Part shown: positions 9,417 through 18,409 of the stretch, piece after piece | How the letters are laid out: each line of letters begins with the position of its first letter | How positions within the stretch are numbered: the stretch's first letter is position 1 | DNA from: a virus | Taxonomy: Duplodnaviria; Caudoviricetes | DNA length: 64,000 bases | Virus record (IMG/VR): IMGVR_UViG_3300009945_000011 | Span: 1-64,000 of that record | Strand: one strand, 5' to 3' | Made by a program: the position numbers and the translations under genes | Notes under the pieces: model-generated | Told to the model about the DNA's origin: nothing | Database searches by the model: none | The model's input: only the letters and a program-made list of their open reading frames with translations

Positions 9417-9630
9417 CAAATGATTCCTCCTGGACAAGCGCTAACCGTTTAACACTCACAAAAAACCAAGTACCGCCACCAATATCAACGACTGCCATGT
9501 CTTTGACGTCTGACTCATCCACAATGTCGTAGACAGAAGATAGGCACAATACGACGCCCGTTCGTCCATCACCATCAATGACCTGTACCAGGTCTCCTTC
9601 GCGAATATCGCGAACAGTTTCTGCTAGCAC
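9379..9630 (-). CDS. Small KOW/SH3-like hypothetical protein
   Basis: GGAGG SD + GTG; 'IREGDLVQVIDGDGRTGVV' pattern. Confidence 0.55.
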   Translation of the reverse strand: MLAETVRDIREGDLVQVIDGDGRTGVVLCLSSVYDIVDESDVKDMAVVDIGGGTWFFVSVKRLALVQEESFDDNRENTKNHIG

Positions 9631-9676
9631 GGCAATTCCTCCTTTGAAAATTGGCACCGCTCTGGTACCAGGCAGA

Positions 9677-9705
9677 TTGACATCCCGCGAGACGTGTTCT
9701 ATGCT
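9677..9705 (+). promoter_or_regulatory. Sigma70-type promoter for 9736..10200
   Basis: TTGACA-17 nt-TATGCT. Confidence 0.75.
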
Positions 9706-9735
9706 CCATAATCGTAGAAGAAAGGAGGTGTTTCA

Positions 9736-10200
9736 ATGCTTGTTGGGTTTCGGCTTTTTCAGGCACGGCGAGGACGTAGAGTTCTTACGGAGCGAGAACC
9801 AACCGCCGTGATTGCTCCAAGTGGTCGGATTACCTTCAACGAACCAGCCATTCGCCTTTTTGGCGAGACAATTCCTGACTTTGTTCAGATTCTGTACAAC
9901 CCAGACACAGCCACCGTTGCGCTAATCCCAGCGCAAAAAGATGACCCATACTCATACAGGCTTCGACCTGCTGGGCCTCGTAATGACCGCGTCCTTGCAG
10001 CCAAGCAGTTTCTCCAGGAGATTTTCTCGCTTCCGATATCGCGAGTAAACGTTCCAGTGTTTGCCATAGATGGAGCGATTGCATTCAAGCTAGCGGAGCC
10101 AGAAGAACAACACCAAGAGGAGGAGGAAGAACCAGAAGAATACGTGTACGGTGAACCGCTAAAAGTGCCTGCGCAGGCAAGAAGGAGACGTACACGATAG
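9736..10200 (+). CDS. Lone rightward gene, possible swapped-hairpin (AbrB-like) DNA-binding protein
   Basis: AAAGGAGGTG SD, own promoter and terminator; 'AVIAPSGRITFN...VQILYN' pattern; acidic then basic tail. Confidence 0.6.
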   Translation: MLVGFRLFQARRGRRVLTEREPTAVIAPSGRITFNEPAIRLFGETIPDFVQILYNPDTATVALIPAQKDDPYSYRLRPAGPRNDRVLAAKQFLQEIFSLPISRVNVPVFAIDGAIAFKLAEPEEQHQEEEEEPEEYVYGEPLKVPAQARRRRTR

Positions 10201-10213
10201 ACACGCATAAAGC

Positions 10214-10239
10214 ATCCCCCGCTACTAGTAGCGGGGGAT
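10214..10239. terminator. Perfect 26-bp palindrome, bidirectional terminator-like hairpin
   Basis: ATCCCCCGCTA-CTAG-TAGCGGGGGAT between convergent genes. Confidence 0.7.
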
Positions 10240-10266
10240 ATTATTATGAGGGAAAGCCGTTCCTGA

Positions 10267-10476
10267 TTACTTACACGGTGCTGGCCCTATGATACTAGTA
10301 ATTGCATAAGTGGCCAGAAGAATATTTGGAAGAATAACAATAACGCTCGTAAGAAAGTCGCTTTCTATAATTTCCTTTGTTCTGTTTTCATCCACAAGAA
10401 AAGCAACCACGATAAGGGATGACGTAGCAAGAACATACCCAGCGGCAACAAGAGTAAGTATATCAAGAATTGACAT
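10267..10476 (-). CDS. Small membrane protein
   Basis: Two hydrophobic helices. Confidence 0.6.
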   Translation of the reverse strand: MSILDILTLVAAGYVLATSSLIVVAFLVDENRTKEIIESDFLTSVIVILPNILLATYAITSIIGPAPCK

Positions 10477-10479
10477 GGA

Positions 10480-11268
10480 TTATTCCTTTCCTAAAAATTT
10501 CACTGATCCATTGTGGGTAGTCAACGCATCCACGAATACTGGCGGCAGCGCATTAGCAGCTACAGAGAATAGTTCCTGAACAAACTCGCGGATCGACAAG
10601 TCAGCAGCCTCATCTGACCGCAAGGACACAATGTGTCGTAATGCACGGACATTGACTGAGACCATACCATCACTTCCGAGAGCATTCGGCAGGACAGAAC
10701 GAGCAGCCTCCAGAGCCCGCTTTCGCTTGAGCGTTCCCTGATCAGTCTCTCTCCTGGCCCTGTCCACAAGGTAGAAGTATGTTGATACCGCCGAGAGACA
10801 GGCTGCCTTGAACGCTTCAACAGCCGCGATGTCATTGCGGATACGTGGTGGGACAATAAACCGCAAGAATTTACTTGTGAATCTCGTACTCTCCCAGGAA
10901 TATGCGGTTCCCACACGATGACGGACAAGCTCAAGTTGCGTCGAGCGCGGAACGTCTGCCACGATAAAATTGAACCAGACGTGCTCAAGGACTGAGTGGT
11001 GACCATTGCCAATGATCTGCTTGCTCAGGTAGACGTCCCTCGTTCTCTTGGCAGGGTTGTCCCAGCTTTGGTAACAAACCCTTCCTGCTGCCTCAAGCAG
11101 CGCATCAGTTTCATCCAGCGGTTTATCCGTCTCCCACGTGATTCCACGATACCTCAGGTAGTACTCAAAGGCGCCGACTGGTTTCGTCATCCCAGCGAGC
11201 ACAACCAGAGGCGGCCTCCTAACAAACTGGACCTCTATACCATCATGAACAACTACTTCCCTATCCAT
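10480..11268 (-). CDS. thyX: FAD-dependent thymidylate synthase
   Basis: EAAGRVCY, GHHSVLEH, ELVRHR...SWESTRF (RHRx7S), ARSVLPN, RALRH. Confidence 0.92.
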   Translation of the reverse strand: MDREVVVHDGIEVQFVRRPPLVVLAGMTKPVGAFEYYLRYRGITWETDKPLDETDALLEAAGRVCYQSWDNPAKRTRDVYLSKQIIGNGHHSVLEHVWFNFIVADVPRSTQLELVRHRVGTAYSWESTRFTSKFLRFIVPPRIRNDIAAVEAFKAACLSAVSTYFYLVDRARRETDQGTLKRKRALEAARSVLPNALGSDGMVSVNVRALRHIVSLRSDEAADLSIREFVQELFSVAANALPPVFVDALTTHNGSVKFLGKE

Positions 11269-11471
11269 TGAACAAGTACCTCTGGGTTTGTCTCTAAACT
11301 AAAGTTAAAGTACCTGTACTTCTTGTTCTTCAAGCGAATTCCGATGACAAGCGTGTTATCACTGATCTTAAGAATAGGATATGGCTCTGAATACTCAACA
11401 GACACAAACCGCTTGCCATTCATCACTTGAAGAACAGCTACTTTAAGAACCTTGCCGCTGTACTGGATCAT
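11253..11471 (-). CDS. Hypothetical protein
   Basis: Overlaps both neighbours in a packed operon. Confidence 0.55.
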   Translation of the reverse strand: MIQYSGKVLKVAVLQVMNGKRFVSVEYSEPYPILKISDNTLVIGIRLKNKKYRYFNFSLETNPEVLVQWIGK

Positions 11472-12627
11472 GGTTGCTCATCACGTACAAGAGACGGCGA
11501 CGGGCAATATTAACGTATTCTTCTTCTTTTTCTATGCCGATAAATCTTGCCCCCTCTAGAATGCAAGCGACTCCTGTCGTTCCGCTCCCAGCAAATGGAT
11601 CGAGCACCAGACCTCCAGGAGGGGTAATCAACCTGACGAGCCAGCAACAAAGCGCAATGGGCTTCACTGTCGGGTGCGTGTTGTGTTCTCCGCCCAGCCC
11701 GAAATTACGCTCCTTACGGCTCGGCTTCGCAACATAGAAGAAACGGCTTGCTCCCCCCGTGTCATCATAGCCTCTCGGTCCACGATTTACCTGAAGCGTT
11801 CCCCATTTTCTCCCACGAATTGTTGGGCTTGGGCACGGCTTTTCGACGCGGCTACCAGGACGCTCACCGCTCTGCTCATCAACAAGCCTCGCGGCTTCCT
11901 CGTCAAGACACACATTCCCAGGCCACCTTCCCTTTTCCGCATGTTGTCCCGCGCCAACTTGTCCTATTTCTAGGCGACACCCATCAATGTTCAGACCGCC
12001 CGTACCATGGGTAAGAACATTTCTGGCAATAGGCAGCACTGGTGGTTTTCGCACGAGCAAAATTGGTTCATAACACGGTTTCAGCCGTGTCCCCCATCCC
12101 TCCCACCACGCTGCCCCTTCGCTACCTAGCCTGGTAATCGGTAGCTCTACCAGCTCTTGACGAGCATATTCACGCAAGACAGCAGTTGTTGTCTTCGCTG
12201 CGTATCCTCTCTCGTCAGCACCTGGCCTAGTCACTCCAGCAGGTTTTCGTGTGTCTGCTATTTTCTGCTCTACGTCCAATTCCTTAGCTATTGCCTTCCC
12301 AATATCGACTGACACAGGCATTCCTTGCCCATATAACCACATCACAACATCACGCATTTCCAGCCCGACGTCTTCCAGCGCAACAGCAAGCCGATGAAAT
12401 GTGCGAGTTCAGCCGAAAACAAGCGCGTGCGCTCCTGGTTTCAAAACACGCCAAATCTCATGCCCCCATGCTCTGGAGAACTCTCCATAAGATTCCCTTG
12501 AAAACTTGTCCCACTTCTCATTCATGAACCCTATTCCATAAGGAGGATCGGTAATAACAGCATCAATAGATTCATCCTTAAAGTCTTTTAAAACTTTTAT
12601 ACAATCGCCAGTTATAATCTCCCACAT
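11443..12627 (-). pseudogene. Beta-class N4-C/N6-A DNA methyltransferase interrupted by one in-frame TGA (12409-12411)
   Basis: DPPY in the N-terminal ORF; HPTVKP and LDPFAGSGTTG in the C-terminal ORF; both ORFs share one frame: LKPGAHALVFG*TRTFHRLAVALEDVGLEMRD. Confidence 0.85.
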
Positions 12628-12654
12628 TCACACTGCCCTTGAATACCTGTCGCG

Positions 12655-13377
12655 TTATTTATCAGCAATTCCACTCATCTCTCGAATAACTTCAGTATAT
12701 AAGCGCATCCAGCACGCAATCACTTGCCGCAACTCCTTTTGAAGCTCATCTTCATTGCTATCGAGCGCCGCCCTTGCCGCTTCTCCTTCTTCTTCCGTGA
12801 TAACCATCAACCAGTTAGCCACATCAAGACGTTGTGGTCCGTACTTGCTGAAGTGATGTTTCACGTCCTCCACGCATGCAGCCAGTGTATCCTTGGCATA
12901 CTCCTGGAACGTATCTCCAGTATTCGTAGCCAAGTATCCATAACAAAGCCAGTTGTAAATAACATTGAGGAAGGCGTCCTTGAACCTGTGCCACAAGCGC
13001 TTGTTCACGTATTCAATAGCGGCTCCTCGTACTGCCATCAACTCGTCAAAGTAGATAAGATTCCATGTCCACTGCTTTTCATCACCTCGCTGGCGAACCC
13101 ATTGTATCAATGTTTCGACCTCAGTCATGACGAAGTCCACGTACTTCTGATCTTGTTCTGACATCTCAGTAGTGTGCTCAGTGACAGAAGCAGCATTATT
13201 CTGCTGCTCAACCAGTTGTTCCTTCAAGTTCAAAGCCGCATCAACCGCTTGAAGAAGTGACGGCGTCGTCATTTCAAAGGTACTGTGCTCAACACACCAG
13301 ATCAAACGAGAATCGCAGTGCTCTAGAGTGATCCTGATTGGATCATGGAACGGTACATATACAAGCTCTACTAACAC
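12655..13377 (-). CDS. Hypothetical helical protein
   Basis: 240 aa ORF, GGGGAG SD + GTG. Confidence 0.65.
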   Translation of the reverse strand: MLVELVYVPFHDPIRITLEHCDSRLIWCVEHSTFEMTTPSLLQAVDAALNLKEQLVEQQNNAASVTEHTTEMSEQDQKYVDFVMTEVETLIQWVRQRGDEKQWTWNLIYFDELMAVRGAAIEYVNKRLWHRFKDAFLNVIYNWLCYGYLATNTGDTFQEYAKDTLAACVEDVKHHFSKYGPQRLDVANWLMVITEEEGEAARAALDSNEDELQKELRQVIACWMRLYTEVIREMSGIADK

Positions 13378-13380
13378 TAA

Positions 13381-14097
13381 TCACTCCCCCAAGCACATAC
13401 AACCCTGTAATTCGAGCCACTTACGACGAATGTTACGACAGCTTAAACGCCAACAATCATAATATGTACCTTCACTCTTCGGCATCTTAATCCATTTGGC
13501 TCCTTGCGGTCTATCTTCCCAATACTTCATCCATTTCACGGCAGCGCCTTGAGCACCATTACCATCTGCGGAGATGATTGCAACACCAGCCGACGTTGCT
13601 CGTTGCCAGCAGGCGAACTGCTTATCTGGGCTCCCGCCAAGAAGGTGGACACGCCTTCCCACTAAACGCTCGATCGGAAAACGAGCGCCGCCGTAGGTAG
13701 ACGGAATTGAATAAGCAATCGCATAGTTGTGTGGAATGTACGAAAGTTGTTCTTCCAGCTTAGGAACGATAAATGGAATCTGGCAATACTGTTGAAGCTG
13801 TTGCGCCTGGTGAAGCGCACGCTCGATGTCATTCGGATCGAGAACGGTGTCACTAAGGTCTGGAACAATCGCATACTTTGGGCGCTCCTTTTCCACTCGA
13901 CGAAGATGAAGTTCAAAATCTGGACGTTTATAGTCGATGTCCACGAACACGATAGGTAGATATGTGCGTTGATCAGATCGTGTTCCCAGCAACCATCCCT
14001 CTTCGTATGCGATCTCCATAAGCTGCGGATTACCACCAGCGCAATAGATAAGATCAATTTTCGCTAACCCACACGCACAACTTCCTGTATTTCCCAT
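13381..14097 (-). CDS. DUF6610-like / tRNA-guanine-transglycosylase-like TIM-barrel protein (putative)
   Basis: FVDIDY, PKYAIVPD, IVPK, VHLLGGSP, SADGN resemble DUF6610 and the HLxG...D motifs of TGT/DpdA-type enzymes (recalled, not searched). Confidence 0.55.
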   Translation of the reverse strand: MGNTGSCACGLAKIDLIYCAGGNPQLMEIAYEEGWLLGTRSDQRTYLPIVFVDIDYKRPDFELHLRRVEKERPKYAIVPDLSDTVLDPNDIERALHQAQQLQQYCQIPFIVPKLEEQLSYIPHNYAIAYSIPSTYGGARFPIERLVGRRVHLLGGSPDKQFACWQRATSAGVAIISADGNGAQGAAVKWMKYWEDRPQGAKWIKMPKSEGTYYDCWRLSCRNIRRKWLELQGCMCLGE

Positions 14098-14455
14098 TCT
14101 CTACCGTCAGTAATCTAAGACCAATATGCTCGTAAAACCCATTTGCACTAAGATTCTCAGGGCACCTAAGGCGGAGTGGACGTGGTACAGATTCGAGCAG
14201 GGCGCGCCCAATACCACGCCCCTGAAACTGAGGAAGGACACAGATATGATGAACAGTCGTCCAGCCATCGCGGCGCTGCCAGGTTGCCACAAACCCAACG
14301 ACCCTGCCATCAAGGTCGGCAACATAAACCCAGCCCTTAGCAATAAGACGTTCGAAAAAAGAGCGGGGAATAAATGAGACTTCATAACGGAATTTATCGG
14401 CAATGTCTTTTATAGAAGGTATATCTTCTTGTTCGGCAACTCTGATGATAATCAT
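14054..14455 (-). CDS. GNAT-family acetyltransferase
   Basis: VVGFV, ICVLPQFQGRGIGRALL (acetyl-CoA motif A), NLSANGFYEHIG. Confidence 0.88.
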   Translation of the reverse strand: MIIIRVAEQEDIPSIKDIADKFRYEVSFIPRSFFERLIAKGWVYVADLDGRVVGFVATWQRRDGWTTVHHICVLPQFQGRGIGRALLESVPRPLRLRCPENLSANGFYEHIGLRLLTVENGKYRKLCVWVSEN

Positions 14456-14832
14456 CCAAATAACACCTTGAACGCTGTTCTTGCTCTTGTAGGAGTAGGT
14501 TCACAGAAGCACTTACGAAACCAATATTCCGTTTCGTTCTGGTCCATTTCACTAACTCTCTTCACAAAGTCCTCAATCCAGACTTGTTCCTGGTCATCAT
14601 CAACAACCGCAAAAATAAGAGCGAGCTTCATGCCGATAACGGCTGGCAACTGAACAGCTAGAGACGTGTCCATATTAAAGCTAATGCCATTATTCTTTAA
14701 TAAGGACTTGATAGGGTGCTCTAAAAGATCGCTAAGTGCTGAGTTTAACCTAATGGTCCCATATTCACCCGCGGTGATCTTGTAGAAAACTCGGCCTATG
14801 ATATCGATGCATGACTCAAACAGGAATTCCAT
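14452..14832 (-). CDS. Hypothetical protein resembling small proteins of DUF499/DUF1156 defence loci
   Basis: G.KLALIF...MDQNETEYWFRKC...RARTAFKVLF pattern. Confidence 0.45.
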   Translation of the reverse strand: MEFLFESCIDIIGRVFYKITAGEYGTIRLNSALSDLLEHPIKSLLKNNGISFNMDTSLAVQLPAVIGMKLALIFAVVDDDQEQVWIEDFVKRVSEMDQNETEYWFRKCFCEPTPTRARTAFKVLFG

Positions 14833-15000
14833 TTCTACCAGCCTTTTTCTTGATGGACCACGGAAGCTGTGATGCCTTTATTAATCATCGCCATCATGAG
14901 TGAGGCCCGCTTCTGCGGGCCTCGTAACAACAACCACAATCAATTCACCAGCGCTGTGGTTATGAGTGATCGGGGTAGCGATCACTCTACTGGCAGGTGC

Positions 15001-16983
15001 CTACAATTCACAGCGGTCAGAGTTGCAGTAGAGTTCTAATTCAACGTCACCACCTTCGAACGCAGACCAGTTGATTGGCTTGATCTTAGCCACACGTTCC
15101 TCATACTCCTTGCGTGTAATTGGTTCATAAGGCATCTGCTCATAAACAGCATCAACATCAGGTAGCATGGAAATAGTCTTCAGATCAGGCACGTTCAACG
15201 CTAAAAACTTTTCTACCTGGCGGCCTTCAGTCTTTGGATCAAACGTAACCGTGACGCTTACGGCATTATCAGACCAATGACGTTGCATCATGCGGGCAAT
15301 CGCACCCTTCTCCCACATCGAGACCTCGCGTTGTCCCCTGACATTCCCAAGATCAATCGGGAATTCGAAGACAATCGTGTTATCGCTGTACTTATCGGGT
15401 TCGTGGGGAATGCCAGCACGGACAAGAACCTCAACGATCGGAGATTGCTCCTGAACACGCATGCGACGAATGTAGCGCCCGTACGGCGGGAAGTGCAGTC
15501 CAGGGCTCGCACCAGCAAGCTGACTTGTACTTCCATTCGGCTTGATCGTCGTCACACGGATGCTTGGCGACACACCAGCCTCAAGGGCAAGGTTCTTGTT
15601 TACCTCACGAGCAATCCTGTATCCACGGCGCAAGGCACTAATCACGCGGCTCGGGTGCTCCTTAGAAATCCACTCGGCGATTCCCGAAATAGATACCCCG
15701 ATGCGTCTATTCCGTGCGATCACGCGATTCGTTTGTTCCTCAGACGTTGGAAGTAAGGCGATGGTCGAAGCATACGTCGTGGCATACCTGATAGCCAAGT
15801 AGAACTCATCTATATCTGCACAATTGTTGATAAACACGTCGGCTAAGCAACAAACCTCCTTGTCTTCAAGAGGCTGCTCCCCGCACGGATTAATGAGCGT
15901 AGCGGTATCCGTCATCTCCTCAGTCATACGGCCATACCGCTGAATGTTAATCATGTTGACCAGACCTGGCTCACCATTCAGCACGACTTGTTCGGCTACC
16001 TCTGGCAAGACCAGAAAGTCATCATGACTGAAAAGCTGGATACTGTTGTTGGATGTCCAGCCCCACATGACGCGGTCATCCGCCGTTCCCTTGTGGATTA
16101 CGTTCCCGTTGTCATCGTAACGAGAAAAATCCTTGAGCTTCATAAACTCGCGATCAGACGGAAGTCCAAGGGCAATCTCGGCAGTACGGCGAACGCCGCC
16201 AGCAACAACACACGTACCAACAAGATTGATAACATCGGCAACTACACGAGTACTTGAGATTTCTTCGCGGGCATAGGCATTAAGAATCACTCGTAGCTGC
16301 TCATGGAGCTTTTTCAACGGCTCTGGTCCACTTGCCACGCCGCCGAACCCACGAATCGGAGTACCCGCAGGACGAATCAACGAGTAATCAAAGACGACGG
16401 TTTTTGATCCCTTTTCGTAGCTTTCGATCAGCCTTTTGACGCTCTCGCACCATCCTTCCCTAGAGTCAGGAATGACGAAGACTTCTGTTTCCTCGATCGG
16501 AAGCTCAGGCTTCCGATCATAGGAATACGTATCGAAGCCAACACCAACGCCATGCATCAAGGCATTCATGACCCAGGCAGTATCACGGGAAAGGACACGA
16601 ATTGAGCATGCTCCGCAGTTTTGATGCCCAAGTGCACCAGTCCGCATCACAAAATCAGACCCACCGACTTGTAGCCCGCGTCCTGGTGGAAGCCACTTCA
16701 TACGGAACATGGTGTATGCCATATCCTGGGCAAGATGCTGCCACGCCTCTTCGTCCCAGGGGAGACGTTGCGTGACATACCACCACTTCCGAATGGACAT
16801 CATCCCCTCGATAGCACGGATCACGGTGTCATGCCACGTTTCGCGTGACCCATCATCCTTGAGACGGGAGTACGTCCGATAAAACACCGCAGCGCCAAGG
16901 AGGCCAAACCCAAACTTCGGCTCAAGCGTCATCAGGAACTTCTTAAAGTCTTTATCGAGTTCAAATCTCTCAGTCACAAGCAT
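15001..16983 (-). CDS. nrdJ: Class II (AdoCbl-dependent, monomeric RTPR-type) ribonucleotide reductase
   Basis: RTYSR, PPGRGL, NC, PDSREGW, NPCGEQ, RRIGVS, TTIKPNGS, C-terminal CNSDRC Cys pair. Confidence 0.93.
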   Translation of the reverse strand: MLVTERFELDKDFKKFLMTLEPKFGFGLLGAAVFYRTYSRLKDDGSRETWHDTVIRAIEGMMSIRKWWYVTQRLPWDEEAWQHLAQDMAYTMFRMKWLPPGRGLQVGGSDFVMRTGALGHQNCGACSIRVLSRDTAWVMNALMHGVGVGFDTYSYDRKPELPIEETEVFVIPDSREGWCESVKRLIESYEKGSKTVVFDYSLIRPAGTPIRGFGGVASGPEPLKKLHEQLRVILNAYAREEISSTRVVADVINLVGTCVVAGGVRRTAEIALGLPSDREFMKLKDFSRYDDNGNVIHKGTADDRVMWGWTSNNSIQLFSHDDFLVLPEVAEQVVLNGEPGLVNMINIQRYGRMTEEMTDTATLINPCGEQPLEDKEVCCLADVFINNCADIDEFYLAIRYATTYASTIALLPTSEEQTNRVIARNRRIGVSISGIAEWISKEHPSRVISALRRGYRIAREVNKNLALEAGVSPSIRVTTIKPNGSTSQLAGASPGLHFPPYGRYIRRMRVQEQSPIVEVLVRAGIPHEPDKYSDNTIVFEFPIDLGNVRGQREVSMWEKGAIARMMQRHWSDNAVSVTVTFDPKTEGRQVEKFLALNVPDLKTISMLPDVDAVYEQMPYEPITRKEYEERVAKIKPINWSAFEGGDVELELYCNSDRCEL

Positions 16984-16997
16984 TGAACCGCCCTACC

Positions 16998-17267
16998 CTA
17001 CTTCTGGCGTCGCTCAATAATGTTCCGCAACATCTCCTTTCCACTTAGAGGATCAGGTTGTTCATCTGGTTTCTTTTCCTGCGTTGTTGTCTGATCCTGT
17101 TGTTTTTGCTTGAGCATCGAGGCCATCACCATGATCGTACCCTGGCGATAAAGCTCTTCCCATGCTGCAAGATCAGAGCCCTCAAGAATAATTATGAGAC
17201 CAGTCTTGTATTCGAGCGTAACACGGCTGAGTGTAAGAGGGGCATTCTGCTGATCTCCATAAATCAT
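16998..17267 (-). CDS. Hypothetical protein
   Basis: AAGGAGG SD before ATG 17267. Confidence 0.65.
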   Translation of the reverse strand: MIYGDQQNAPLTLSRVTLEYKTGLIIILEGSDLAAWEELYRQGTIMVMASMLKQKQQDQTTTQEKKPDEQPDPLSGKEMLRNIIERRQK

Positions 17268-17281
17268 AGAACTTGTCCTCC

Positions 17282-17704
17282 TTATTCCTTGGCAAACCCG
17301 CCCCAATCATCAGACCACGGGAGCGTGCTAGCTGTTTGTGTGTTGTTTCCGTCGGTATTCTCTGAACCTTCGTCTTCTTTCTCTCTCGGGCTTGTGTTGA
17401 CCACGCTAATGTCTCGGGCAAAGATTGTTGGTTCAAATACCTGGATACCCTTGGAATTGATGTACTCCCGAACCGATAGTTCTCCCGAAACAACGATCAT
17501 CATGCCCTTCTGCAAGACAGATAAAAGACGCTCTGTTGGAAGGAAGCGGACGGTCAACCAGGTTGTTTGGTCTTTCCATTCCCCATTATTGTCTCGGTAT
17601 CTTTTATTATGAGCCATGCGAAATCCATAGAGCTTCTCCGAGACTTGTGACGGATTCACTCCGAGACGACCAGAGATAACAACAGTATTTACGCGCAGCA
17701 TCAT
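17282..17704 (-). CDS. ssb: Single-stranded DNA-binding protein
   Basis: NTVVISGRLG..P, GEWKDQTTW, KGMMIVVSGEL; acidic tail. Confidence 0.9.
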   Translation of the reverse strand: MMLRVNTVVISGRLGVNPSQVSEKLYGFRMAHNKRYRDNNGEWKDQTTWLTVRFLPTERLLSVLQKGMMIVVSGELSVREYINSKGIQVFEPTIFARDISVVNTSPREKEDEGSENTDGNNTQTASTLPWSDDWGGFAKE

Positions 17705-17710
17705 ATCCTC

Positions 17711-18010
17711 CTAGTACTTCTCTCCTGAATTCTTAGGCACATCCGCTGCTGGCTCAGGCGGCTCCTCATTCCACAACTTACTGAGCTTACGATTCAAACG
17801 CTCTCGCTTATCTCCCGTCTCTGCTTGAAACCCTCGTCCGTAATCAGTCTTATGCGCCCCGTCGCAATGCCAGACATCAGGAACAGGGAAGTAAACACGC
17901 CGAGCAATTGTCCCGCAGATTGGGCAGAACGACTTATCAGAGGCGTCAATCATTTTTCTGATCTCTTCGAATTCACCGTGGTGTGGACACCTATACACAT
18001 ACGTCGGCAT
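17711..18010 (-). CDS. FmdB-family zinc-ribbon protein
   Basis: MPTYVYRC..HGEFE...CPICG. Confidence 0.85.
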   Translation of the reverse strand: MPTYVYRCPHHGEFEEIRKMIDASDKSFCPICGTIARRVYFPVPDVWHCDGAHKTDYGRGFQAETGDKRERLNRKLSKLWNEEPPEPAADVPKNSGEKY

Positions 18011-18012
18011 GA

Positions 18013-18258
18013 CTAGACTCCTGGTCCCTCTGGTATATAAATCGTCGGACCTGCCCTCTGCTGTTTCTCTTTCCTGATCCGAACAAGGCGAATCTTGTTG
18101 ATAGCAATGTTCATCATTGCTTCCAACTCTTCCTCTGAGAAATTCCCAACACCGCCAACCTCAACGTCACCGTCTTTGGTTGCCCAGATGACGATATATT
18201 CAGGTGGCATTCCTGATTCAGGCATGTATCCATCCTTCCTGGCAGAACATGAACTCAT
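18013..18258 (-). CDS. Hypothetical protein
   Basis: Packed ORF in replication operon. Confidence 0.55.
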   Translation of the reverse strand: MSSCSARKDGYMPESGMPPEYIVIWATKDGDVEVGGVGNFSEEELEAMMNIAINKIRLVRIRKEKQQRAGPTIYIPEGPGV

Positions 18259-18409
18259 AGAACATAGCAGCCTCTAAGGAAATCTTTCCCGTATTGACAA
18301 GATCAACCAGGGTACTAAACACCATCATCGCATACTCATCAACGAAAATGTATACATTATTTCCCAAAAACCAAGGCGAGTAGCTATACAGCTTCGAGTT
18401 TGGCATCAC
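18218..18409 (-). CDS. Hypothetical protein
   Basis: Packed ORF in replication operon. Confidence 0.45.
   Translation of the reverse strand: MMPNSKLYSYSPWFLGNNVYIFVDEYAMMVFSTLVDLVNTGKISLEAAMFYEFMFCQEGWIHA

Noticed and set aside
12355-12411. Selenocysteine decoding of the MTase TGA
   Set aside because: The position aligns with Gly/Ser rather than Cys, and I see no convincing SECIS-like hairpin directly downstream.
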